Assembly: GCA_045837725.1 (NCBI GenBank) | Contig: JBEWZL010000109.1 | Location: 186,001 to 250,000, forward strand | Direction of reading: 5' to 3' | From: Vermamoeba vermiformis | Taxonomy: Eukaryota | Length of the DNA stretch: 64,000 nucleotides | Part shown: one piece after another, positions 13,898-29,303 of the stretch | Layout: the number at the start of each line of letters is the position of its first letter | Numbering within the stretch: position 1 is the first letter of the stretch | The notes under the pieces: model-generated | Database searches by the model: none | What the model was told of the DNA's origin: nothing | The model's input: the letters and a program-made list of their open reading frames with translations, nothing else | Translations under genes and position numbers: made by a program

Positions 13898-15188
13898 TTA
13901 CATTAAACCGCTCCTGCTTAATGCATCTAAACAATAGGTGAGTTAAGTACCAAATTAATTAATATAACAGAACTTACTGTGCAAAATGATGCCCTTAACG
14001 GCCTTGAATACAATGGTGATATTGTTCGTGTCCGTGGCAGTTGTTGAGTGGGGATAAATCATGCGATCTGGATTCCTGTTGCGACGGACGAACTGCTTTT
14101 TGATGAACTCGGTGCCTGCTTCGGGATCAGGATCTGTCGTGTATTCGCTGAAGCACACATTGAGCGGTGTAGTTTTAATTTTTTCTTGGAACAGATCTGA
14201 TTTGTTGAGGAACAGTATGACGTCAGTTTTAAAGAACCACTTGTTGTTCACAATGTCTTCAAACAAGTTCAGTGACTCGTGCATGCGATCTACTTTGTCG
14301 TCCTCTTCTAGCATAGTGCCATATGCACTCATATCAGTGCAGAAGATCATACTTGTCACGCCCTCAAAGCAGTGGATCCTGACGCGGCACGGTGAGCAGG
14401 TGACACGTAGTAATTAAATTCAAAGAGCACTCACCACTTCTTGCGCTCAGTGCGCTGGCCACCAACATCGACGAGACGGAAGTTGATGCCATCCACGGTG
14501 AAGTCTGTCTCCACAATGCCTGTCGTGCGTTGACGGGAGCGCAAAATGTCTTGATCTGTCGGGATCCAATCAGGCTTGCCAATACGCGCTAGCTCACTAA
14601 AGTAGTATGGCGCAGAGTCTAGGCGCACTGGAACGGGCAATTCCATGGCGATTTTAAATTGAGGATCTTGCAATAATTTCTCGACGCGGTTGACAAAATC
14701 GAGGTTAACCTCTGCGGTTTCTGACAAACTTAAGACGTACTTAATAAGTTCCTACAACAGGTCAATATTAAACAACTAATCTCGCAAAAGGTTAATTTCT
14801 TACCTCGTTTGACGCATCAAAGGAAACATTCGCTTTACTGGCAGTAGAAAGGATTATCTGCAAAGAGGAGATAATGTTTCTGAAAATTAACGGCTTGTAT
14901 TCTATTCTCTCCTCGTCACTCCAAGTCTTTTGATTGATTATGCGCAATTGTTTAGCGACAGTTGATTTGCCAGATTCGCCAGTACCTATAATTATATTAG
15001 CGCATTATAATAAACTCAATATCTAACGCCATACCAAGTAATAATAAAATGACTTCCTTGCGTTTCAGTTGTCTGTCTTCTTCGATCATTTTATTAATTT
15101 CCTTATTGCGCTTCTCTTCGTCCTTCAGCACTTGCTGAATAGCCTTCATATTCTTGAGATCAAAGCTCGCTACATCATTGCGCTCCAT
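13898..15188 (-). CDS. Heterotrimeric G-protein alpha subunit
   Basis: [47 protein letters not shown] and HSTTATDT. The last mini-exon encodes ALSRSGLM*. Confidence 0.95.
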
Positions 15189-15369
15189 TTTTGTTAGCTG
15201 TGGCGGTACCTAAAGAAACGTCTTCTCTGATTGTGCTGGTGATTTACACGCATGTTTTATGCAGCCAGAGAAATTTCACTGGCGAGATATGGCACAAAAA
15301 CCTAGCGAGCTTGTTGTACCGTCAGTACACTAACGGCATTATATGTGAACACGACAAGCCAATGCTAGT

Positions 15370-17308
15370 ATGAGTGTATTCATTAAAGGTACGATAACGC
15401 AGATGTAGATCTCAGATCTAACAAAGAACCAGGTATTAGTAGCCAAGCCCCACGGCTAGAGCTGCACAAAATATTATCAAAATTTGGTAAAATAGTGCGC
15501 CTCAAGACAGGCTATCAAGACTTCGCATTTGTGGTAATTATACGCCATTTTTCCATAATTATTGGGTAATAATTTGTGATTTCCTAGGATTATGAATCGG
15601 ATAGATCTGCGTTTGCGGCAGTGAAAGCTCTAAATGGGACTAATCTATTAGGCTCGAGAGTTACAGTACAAATTGCAAAAAAAAGTATGTAGATGTACTT
15701 GGTACAACTTGTGTTAATTGACCTTTCAGACCAACACCATCACCATCACAATAATACAAACGAACGAGCTCGCACGCTCAGCGAAGACGATTTGTTGTAC
15801 CATCGCAAGGAAGAACTCGAGCGACGACCAGTACGAACTGTCATTGAGCGGGAGAAAGGCAGATCGGACGAGCGAATGGTTGGCAAACGAGATAATAACT
15901 CTCCTATGAATGGGGAGCATAGGATTCATCGATTCAACCATTTTCCTCGGCCTCACAGCTATCGAGGCAGATCTAGACCTTTCGCTTACCAGCAATCGCG
16001 CGGTACTTTTCGACTTCCTCCGCGTTCCTACAATCCTCACCGACCGATGCCTTTGCGTGGTAGCAATGTGGAGTTTCGCTCTCGATCAGTTTCGAGATCA
16101 ATGTCTAGTTCCAAGTCTAGATCCAGCTCACCCTCGCACTCGTATTCATTCAGCAGATCTCGCTCCAGCTCTCCTTCGCGCTCACTCTCTAGGTCATCAT
16201 CGCGTTCTAATTCGGACAAGTCACCTGACCGCGCGTTACAAGTGCCCAATCTATCACCGCAGCGGTCGAGGAGCAAAGAGCCTGAAGAGCGCATCATCAC
16301 GCGCAGAGCACAGTCGTTAGAACCTCCAGCACTAAGACGGTGGACTCGCGTGAATCTGACTAGTTCTGCGACAATCACGGACGATGTCAGCGATCAGAAA
16401 GAGGCAGTTGGTCCAAGCAAGACCAAAGAGGACGAAGTAGCGAGCAGCCAAAAAGAGCTTGCAGCGAGTGATGCAGCCAATCACAATTTGGAGGCGAAAC
16501 ACGTCACTGAAGACGAAAAACACGCCACTGTGCTGGAGGTTGAGCGGCGATTGAAAGTCGAAGAAGAGCGCAGTGCACAACTCGAGCAACGACTCGAAGC
16601 CGAACGCGTGCGTGCTGAAGAAGAGCGAGTGAAGCGTGCAGAAGAGGACAAGCTGCGCAGAGAGGAGACTGGACGCTTGCAGTCTGAGAATGCGAGGCTG
16701 CAACGAGAGTGCGAGCGATTGCAGCGCGAATGTGACAAGATGCGCGATGAACGAGAGACGGCACGTGCCGAGCGCGATAAATGGCGCGGCGAGACCGAGC
16801 GTGCGAAATCAGAGCACGAGACATATCGCAAGAAGATAGAAGAGGAGATGGCGCGGCGCGTGGAAAGTGAGCGCCAGTTGCGCGTGACAGCTGAGCGCGC
16901 CTTGGAGGAAGAACGAGCGCGCGGCAGACAGAGCGAACAGAGTCTGCAGACACAACTCACCGCACTGCAGGCTCAATTGCAACAGCCGGTGGTGCCTGCC
17001 AGCGAGCACCAGGCAGCGAGTGTGAGCCAGGAGAGTGGTGAGAGTGACGCCAAAGAGAAGACAAACAAACGCAAAGCCACGCAACAGCTTGGTACCAAGC
17101 CCAAGCGACGCAAGAAAGAGGGCGGTGACAATGTGGATCTAGTGACGAGCAAGAAGAAGTCGCGCGAGAGGGAGAAGGAGAGTGTCAAACCCAGCAGCAG
17201 TGCGGCAATGCCTGCACCGAGTGCGCCGTCACTCGTGCTCGACTTGACCGATGAGTGAGTGTGACACGTGTCATCGATATTTTTCACGTGTCAAACTGAA
17301 GTTCTTGA
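15370..17308 (+). CDS. RRM protein with SR-rich region and coiled coil
   Basis: Spliced 5' exons give an RRM (MSVFIKG...SKFGKIV..DFAFV|DYESDRSAFAAVKALNGTNLLGSRVTVQIAK) that the ORF track misses, then RSRS tracts and a coiled coil. Stop at 17258, or at 17308 if the predicted intron 17255-17301 is spliced. Confidence 0.75.
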
Positions 17309-17398
17309 AGTAACTGTACATAGCCAACGACGAGTGTAATAAATAGCCCAACCTTATCTGTACACCTACCAGTTTATATACACGTGCTATATACACCT

Positions 17399-18091
17399 TC
17401 AACGCTTCTTCTTGTGCGCGCTGGGATCAATGTCGCGCTTGTTCAAGAACAGAATGCCGTCGCGGAATCGACCGACAGCAGGCTTGAGACCTCTGCTGCC
17501 ATCGCCCACTGAGTGTCTGTCGCCGCGTCTGTTGCCCTTGAGCTGATTGAGGTACTCTTCGTCACTCAGCGAACCTTTGCGGAACTTTTTCTTTGGTGGC
17601 ACATAGTCGCCTGCCTCGCGCGCCTGTCACGTGTCAATAGCGCTGCAAGGCGTGTCATTGCTCGCTTACCCTCTCGCGCACAATGTTCTCGCGCTCCTCC
17701 TTCTTCTTGTTGATGCCCATGCGCATGTTGTAGGGCATTTTGTGCTTCTCGTTCAGCTTGGCACCGAGCTGCTTCAGCTTGTCTTTGTCGACTTGGCGTT
17801 TGTCTCGCTTGGTCTGGTGATTGTACACTGCATTCGAGGGCGTTAATATTGCGTATGCTTGTAGTGCTGCGGACTACTCACCCATTTCTCGGATCTCGCG
17901 CATGGTGGTGCGCACATCTTCATCGCTGTCTTCATCTCTCTTTCTTTTTCGAGAAACAGGTGGGGTATTATTTTTCTTATTATTGCTCAATATATCAGAG
18001 ATATTTGAGGACTGAAATTGCGATCTGATCAGCGATCGAAAAATAAGAGAACAATATTCCTGCTTACCATAAAGCCTGACTTGCGTGACAT
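17399..18091 (-). CDS. DUF4602/C1orf131 (Faf1)-like SSU processome factor
   Basis: LKQLGAK..KHKMPYNMRMG and C-terminal GLKPAVGRFRDGILFL, a basic protein with short introns. Confidence 0.7.
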
Positions 18092-18229
18092 GGTGATAAT
18101 TTATATGTCTGTATTTGCAGTGTTATTGTTGATCAAGGTCTTGTGGTTGATCAACTGCCGCACAAGTGATTATTTGAATTGTTACGCCAGATCAGCAACA
18201 ACACCTGCCTCGTATAATACAGCACGAGT

Positions 18230-20659
18230 ATGGGCAATGCAGGTGGCTTCGGATCGCAGGTCACACTCGGCGCAGAGGTGTGGCGCTGTCACGGCTGGGT
18301 TCTGCACGAGGCACAGCACCAGATTGAAGGCCTAGTCTCCGTGTTTGTCTATCACGCCCCTGGTGTCGTGACTGCACCACCGAGCAGTGCTAGTGGCAGT
18401 AGTAACACTGCTAGTCAATATGATGTCTCGGCCTTTCCTATTGCTGCTCAAAATTTCTTCAAACGTTTCAGGACTATGCGACATCCGTATTTGCTGCCCT
18501 TCAAGGACGGAGGAGTATTTCAAGACAAGATCTATATCGTCACTGAGCGCATCACACCGCTAGAACATCGATTGAATGAATTTTTAAATTACAACTATGG
18601 CCTTTCGTGGGGGATCTATCAAATTGCGGTAATAAAATTTTCATTATTGACCTCAAATACAGTACTTAATATACATATTGTTATTTATCTTAATTTTTTT
18701 TTGGTCGTTGCGTGACACTAACGTCCGATCAGACAGCGCTAGGTTTCATGCACTCGCTCGGTCTGATCCACGGCTACTTGTCGATGAACACCGTGTTCGT
18801 GACGCAACAAGCGGATTGGAAGTTGTGCGTGATGGATCTGGTCACTCCGCTGCTCGACTTCACCAAGGGCACGCGCGAGGGAGTGTTGAGCAGTGCAGCC
18901 CTCGACGAGCTCGCACAAGCAGTGCAAACACCGCCTGAACTGCTGTTGTGGACCAGCAACGCGCCCAACAAACTCGAGGCCTCGCAGTCGGTGGCGGTGC
19001 ACTCGATTGACGCGTGGCTGCTGGGCTGTTGGCTGCAGACCTTGTTCAACAGCTCGCACAGCCTCACTGCGCGCCAAGAACTCAAGAACACGCAGCACTT
19101 GCCACGACCGCTGCAAGAGCACTATATGAAGCTCGTGACCTCCTCGCCCAAGAGCAGACTGGAGGTGAGTCGCTTGGTCGATGAGTGCACCTACTTCTCG
19201 AATCCACTCGTGGACACGTGTCTGTTCCTCGAGACCATTGCCATCAAAGAGAGCTACGAGAAGGACAACTTCTTCCGCAAGCTGCCGAGTGTGATCAAAG
19301 AGCTGCCGAGCATCTACTGCAAGTACAAAGTGCTGCCACAGCTCGTCACGGCAATGGACTACGGCTCTGCGAACACCAAGTTGTTGCCCGTGCTGTTGCA
19401 GCTGTCACGTGACTTGAGCGACCAAGAGTTCAGCACCACACTGGCACCTTCCATCATCAAGTGGCACGCGATGACTGATCTCAACATTCGCGTCGCACTG
19501 CTCGAGCTCATCGACCAGTACATCGCGCGTCTCTCGGACACACTTGTCGCGCAAGAGTTGTTCCCCAAAGTCATTGCCGCGATCAATCATCAGCAGCCGC
19601 AGATCCGCGAAGTCGTGCTCAAAGCTGTGCCAAAAATAGCACCGCGTCTCAAGCCAGCCGTGGTCAAAGAGTCGCTTTTGAAGCCCCTCGCACGAGCTCT
19701 GCATGCCGAGACCATGCCACAACTGCGCGCAGTGATCGTGTCAACTGTGACAGCCATCGCTGCTGGACTCGACGACGAGACACGTGCTGCTGTCGTGTTG
19801 CCATGTGCCACTACTGCACTCCGCGATGTGGCCCCTGGTGTGCGTGCCGTAGGTCTGCAAGTGTTGACACGTGCCGTGGAGCAGAATCACGTGTCAGCTG
19901 TCGATGTCGCACTCAAAGCCATGCCCATTGTCGCACCACTCGCGTTAGATCCGAGTCCTGAAGTGCGCGGACTAGCTGTCACAGCGCTGAAAGCATTCGT
20001 CAATCTGTTGGAGAAGTACCACACTTCAGCGACAGCACGCGAGAGTGCCGCGCAGAGCTTGAATCCAAACGCACCGAATTCACCGCCCGTGGAACAAGTC
20101 AAGCCCGCTGAGTCCTCGCCTGGCATGTTGGGCTGGGCACTCAGCTCCATCACCAAAAAGGTAACTAAACTACATACCATATTAGGCAATGCTGACAGAT
20201 ATTCAGATCTATGGTGGCAGCGACACGACTAACACCCCTGTAAATAACACCTCATCGCACACAACCAATGTAAATATCTCACACACGTCATCGTCCAGCG
20301 TGACACCTGTCAATACGCCACCACCTGTCAAAGCCGTGGCACATTCCCACAAGCCCCAAATTGACGAGCCCAAGCCACCAATGCCACGTGCTGAGTCTGA
20401 AGGCGATGGCTGGGGCTGGGGCGAGGACGCACTCGCACAACAGATGTCTGATGTCAAATTGCCATCCACTGCGAGCACCAGCACCACTGTAAATAAAACT
20501 GCTGCGAACACTGACGAGGGCTGGTCTGCATGGGGCGACAACAAAGAAGAAGAAGAAGAGGAGGACTGGGACTTCAAGCCCGTGCAGCGCGAGACTAAAA
20601 TTGACGCCAAGAAGAACAAAGATCTCAATCAGAAGTTATTTGCAGCTAAACGCAAATAA
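18230..20659 (+). CDS. SCY1-like pseudokinase with HEAT repeats (SCYL1/Cex1)
   Basis: MG start, KRFRTMRHPYLL, IYIVTERITPL, WGIYQIA, degenerate kinase, HEAT repeats, and acidic GWG/WGD tail. Confidence 0.9.
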
Positions 20660-20688
20660 ATGTGCCACTCTAACCACAAAGTACAGTT

Positions 20689-22835
20689 TTATTCCGCCTT
20701 GACTTCAGAGCTGTTGTTGGTATCGGTATTAGTGTTGCTATTATTAGTCTCTTTCAGTCGCTCAAACAAGACCACGACCTCGCAGTGTTCAGTGTGCGGG
20801 AACATGTCCACAGCCAGCGCCTTGACGGGCACGAAGGGTGTGCCGAACATGCTCGTCGAGACACTGCGACACAGATTGGCGGCATCGGCAATGAGTGCGT
20901 TCTGATTGCACGACACGTACACTAAACGATCGATTTGTTCGCAGGCACGAATGGCTTTGAGTGTTTTAATGTGCAGACCTGCGCGCGGAGGATCACTGAG
21001 AGGGACAGTCATTAGTCACGTGTCAAACAGCGCAGTACTCGCTTACACAATGCCAATGCACGAGCCAGTGACTTGTTTAAGTGCATTGCCAATCAAATCT
21101 TCAGCTTTGCCCGCGTAAAAGGACACGTTCTTGATGCCATTGAGCTCGGCATTGAATTTAGCATCTTCAATGGCCTCGTCGATGATTTCAATGCCAATGA
21201 CGTGTGCTTTGGGCGCGTGTTGTGCGACAATGAGGCCAATAGTGCCAATGCCGCAGCAGATGTCGAGAATGGTGTTGTAGGTGTCCAATTGGCCGCACCA
21301 GTCCCGCACAATGGAGTACAACACTTCAGTGGCAGCTGTGTTTACTTGGAAGAAGGACTTGGGCGAGATTCTGAATCTAAAAATAGCACTCGTTAGGGGT
21401 GCGCGTTACAAACTGATGCAAAGACTGACTTGAGGCCCAAGAGTGTTTCGTAAATATATTGCGTGCCGTATATCAGCTTGGTGGGTGCATCGTGTGGCGC
21501 AGCATTGCTAACACCTGTCAAATTCCGTTAGACGCGATATCGAGGTTGACACGTGTCAAACACAGACCTGAGTGGTGCTGCAAGAACAAGCCGCCGATCT
21601 GTTCTTTGTGCTTGGCATTGTGCTCTTTAGCCCAGTGCTGCAGCGTCTCTTCAATGCTCTGCTGCGCGGTCTGATCGAGACTCGAGGGGTCAATCTGCAC
21701 CACCACCAAGCTCACGCCCTCGCGTGTCGTGCGAGTCATCACTAAGCGCCACACGCCCTTGAAGGCGAGTTTGTCCCACACGGCGTGCAGTGAGTGCTGA
21801 ATGACGTCTTCGAGCTCACCGCGCAGCACTTCAGTGGCAGGTGGCACGTGTGGCCAGTTGTCAGCAGCGGCGACAGCGAAGTGTCCGTCCTGAGCTCGGC
21901 CCAACAAGAAGCCAATGCGCGACTGGCCGTCGAGTGCCTTGCCGACTGTGAACTCGAGCTTGTTGCGGTACCCTGTGCGCTGTGGGGCCTCGCGCACACC
22001 TTCTGCGGGACAACAGGGACTATTGTAGGGCAATCTAAACGCGATGTGTGAGTGCGTGTTTGACACGTGTCAGTCCAGCAGTCACGTGACTTACTTGCTG
22101 ACCCACTTGGGCACGTCATATTTGCTCTCTTTGCGAATTCTCTTCGTAATCTCGCGCAGCACCGTGTCGAGGTGGTGTTGTTTGCGCTTGATCTGCTCGT
22201 CATAGGGCACACTGAACAGCAGTGAGTGGATGTTAATAGGTGCGTATAGTCAGCAAGGGAACGTACTTGTGCCAGGGTGTGACCACATCCAAGATATTCT
22301 CGGGCAGTTGTTTGATAGGCTTGTGGTCCTGTCCCTCGCGCTCAGTCTGCACCAGCAGGTCTTCAGTCTCTTTCACTTGCAGCTTCTGACCTTTGAGTTC
22401 GTAGTTCACGAGCTTCTTCTTGCACTCTTCTTTGTCTTGTTCGTTCTGAAGTGGATCTCACATTAATTTTTGGATAATAATAAAATAATTCCTAAAATAC
22501 GATTATCCCTCGACTTAATATACCTCGAATGAGATCTTTGCTTGTGCAACGCCAAAAGGTTTTTTCAATTTTTTGACTGAGTGCACGTCGAGTGAATCCA
22601 ACAACTTGCGGAACTTTTTGACATCGTCTTTCTTGGGAACGTTATATACGACTAAATTAAAGCTGCGTTTTTTGGGGTTGGGATTTGGTGTTTCGGTTTG
22701 AACGGGATCTGCTTGATCCGCTGTCAGATCTTGCTTCTCAACTATAGAATCAACTTGTGTCGTCATATTACGTCTATTAATGCGCGTTGTATTAATGAGT
22801 AATGCCTTGAATAGCGTTGTTGTGCGTCCAAGCAT
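20689..22835 (-). CDS. TRMT2A: tRNA (uracil-5)-methyltransferase TRMT2A/Trm2
   Basis: N-terminal RRM-like region, GYRNKLEF, ISPKSFFQVN, LDICCGIGTIG, DPPRAGLH, LVYVSC and VDMFPHTEHCE. Confidence 0.93.
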
Positions 22836-22861
22836 CGCAAGTTACAAAATAACACTTCGAT

Positions 22862-25584
22862 TTATTGCTGTACATCTGCACGCGATCGTTGTGTGATCGG
22901 TGCACTCATCTCTTCTAGTGTCGGTATTTTGTCCTTTACTAGCTCGTCAAATGCGAAGAACGTTTGTTGACTGTAGTTTGTACTGGGTTTCAAAATCACC
23001 ACATCCATCGCTTTGAGCGCTACATTTACATCACCGAGCTGTACGTGCACCATGAGTCCTATAGCTGGTATAAATACACCCATGCGCGATTGCAGGGTCC
23101 AGGGGTCCAGTAGTAGTGTCTACAAACTCCGCCCAAGTCGCAGGTGGCGTATTGACATCGATGACTACACCGTAATAGTAATGATGCGCGGCATGTTGGG
23201 CGAGGTACTTGTACTTCCAATAGCGCTCGCATCGCTGTTGCAGTTGATGAATGTAGTACGAGGTCGCATCCACTTGTACCAGCAGTTGTTTGAGCAGATC
23301 TTCACTGAACGGCAGCTCTTTGCCTTGCAACTGCGCATAATACTGATACTGGAAGATGAGGTCTGAATAGCGGCGAATCGGCGATGTGACGCGCGCATAG
23401 GTCTCGAGACCGACGCTGTAGTGCCCGACATCACTCGCAGCAGTGGTGCTCGCTGTGCTCGAGTAGGGCAATAGTCGCAATTCACGCACGAGTCGCGCGA
23501 GTGGTGGCACATTGTCACCTGCTGCCACCAGTGGATCGCGCGCAATGTGCTCGGGCAGTTCAGGCTTGACTTGCACGCGCAGTGGCACGGGCAGGCGTCG
23601 TTCAATGGCGAGTTTGGCAGCCAATTCACCGGCCAGGACCATCAACTCCTCGACCAACACGCGCGACTTGGGTGTGGTGTTTGGCAACAGCTTGATCTCC
23701 GCGCGATCTCCGTCACGTGCCACTTTGACATCGGGATCGGGCAGATTGATCAGTCGCGCGCCAATGTTGTTGCGGTACTGGCGCCGCAACTGAGCCACGT
23801 GATAGAGCTCAAAGAGATCACGTGACTGCACATCACTCGCTGCAGGGCCGTTCAGAACTTGCTCCACGTGATAGTAGTTCACACGCGTGATGTTCACTAG
23901 CGAGGGCTGCACTTTGTAATCGACCAGGGCACCAGTAGCAGGGTCCAGGCGCGCACTGAAGGTGAGGGCGGTGTTGGGCTGATTAGGCGTCAGTGTGAAC
24001 AGCTGCACGAGTGACTGCGGGAACATGGCGTATCTCCGGTGCGGGAGATATATCGTCGATGCACGGCGTCGTGCAGCCAAGTCAGCAGGATTGTTGGGAG
24101 CCACGTGATCAAAGGATGCTGGTGAACTGATGTGGATGTGGATCCACAAGTCACCAATGTCCAGCGGATCACCATCACGACCTTTGATGCGTTCAATACT
24201 CACTGCATCATCGACTTCAGTGGTGGAGTCGTCGTCAATGGCGTACTGGGTGTCAAAGTGTCAGTGTCACGTGTCAAGGTGTCAAATCAAGGTACGTACT
24301 GAGCGTTGGTCCATGAATGACACACGACCTGCAGCAATGTCGGCAGCACTGCTTGTGCTCACGAGAGGTGTCACGTGCTCATTCGCTGCTGAGGGTGTGG
24401 TTGTGACAGGTGTGACACGTGCCAGGGCTTCTTTTGGTGGCACTAAGAGAGGTCCGTGCTGCGCCAAGTCCTCCAAAGTGACGCGCAGTTCAGGCGGGCA
24501 GGTGTGTTCGTTCCACACCCCCACCACTGTCAGCAGTGCCGCGACGTCACTCGGGAATGCTTTCAAGCCGAGGGGTCGCAACAGTCGCAAATAGACCAGT
24601 CCGTCCATCAACTCGTGTGCCTCCGTGCTGCACGCCACACGCTGCAAGAGATCGAGCAGGGGTCGCAGTGCGCGGTCATTGGTCACTTGATTGCGCGCCA
24701 CGGCAAGCTGTTCGGTGGTCATTGGCTTGATGGCGGCAGCGAGGGTCAGTTCCGCTGCCGAGGCCTCACGTTCAGGGGCAGTCGGTGCAGCGGTCTCATT
24801 GGCCGCAGTTGAAGACTTCTTGTCAGTACTCGCCATGAGTGGTGCCAGCAGTGCGGTCACGAGGGGTCGTGTCATGGCCACAAAGCGATCTGTCAGCTGT
24901 CGGTCGAACAGTGAGCGCTGCTGTAGCTGCAGCACTTTGACACGTTCAGGCGAGTGGCAGTAATATACACCATGACCACGAGCACCAAAAAGTGTCCAAT
25001 ATCGAGCTATTAACAGTTGTGTTGTATGTAACGCGATCGCGCGCTGATCTGCTGCAGTTAAATTGCGCTGAGGCTTCATGCGAGGGGCAATGAACTTAAA
25101 TGCGTCTTCCAATGAGAAGCTAGTCTTTGTTTTCATCTGTTCATATAATTGGGGGGCCTTATAATCGAGAATTAACGATGGATCGCGAGTGAGCTTACGA
25201 ATAAAAAATTATTACCAATGATTTGAGACTATCTGCTTCTTTCTTCGCTAGGTCTGAAATTTGTTGTGGCGTAATATCGATTTTTCCGTAATTACAACTC
25301 AAGCTCTGCCCGCCGATCAGGATCGGCCCTCTTGTGAAGTCAGATGTGGCCTCCACAAATATTCTACTGGCGATCGGATCTACATCGATGACTTTAGATA
25401 CTTGTCGCCGCTGTTTAAAAATAAATTCAACGGTTTCTCCTTTTGCAGGCAGATCCAGCCTGATCTTGTGGGATCGAGCTTCAGCCGCAGTGCATAGCTG
25501 TCTGAATATACTCGAACTCGCTTTGGGACAAGTGCGAGCATTCTTTAAGCTGTAATTAGCGAGGATTGAGGTCACTCGCTGCAT
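22862..25584 (-). CDS. RNase II/RNB-family exoribonuclease (mitochondrial Dss1-like)
   Basis: YAIDDDSTTEVDDAVSI, LWIHIHISSP, STIYLP..YAMFP, LVEELMVLAG and YARVTSPIRRYSDL. Presequence-like N-terminus. A 1-nt indel near 23100 joins the C-terminal S1-like region. Confidence 0.88.
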
Positions 25585-25809
25585 GCTGAAAGGGAAAACG
25601 GTTCACGAGTGTCGCAATTGCAAATTTATTATTTTTGAGCGAAATTTCATTAATCGACAAATGAACTTCGCTAGGGCATGCACGACAGCTTCAGTGCATG
25701 CGAGTATGTGCTCGACTCTCAGCGACAACATGATGTGTCACAGGCAGATGGATCCACTTTGCATCGCATTAGTGATATTATTCGCGTTCTATCGTCCCAC
25801 CGAACACTC

Positions 25810-29095
<3,286 letters not shown>

Positions 29096-29303
29096 CCTGC
29101 GTCCCTTCTTGCTTGTTCTTTCCTTCTTTGCAAGTTTAGGAGAGGAAAATATTAAATCGCGTTAAAACAATAGAACAGACGCAGCTGTGTTCATCTGCTA
29201 AGTGACGTGATTATTAACAGCAAAAAAATCTAGCCAATTTTGTTGAAGTCTACTGATGGACACGCACAGCACGTGATTACAAAAATATCCGCAATTATTT
29301 TAT

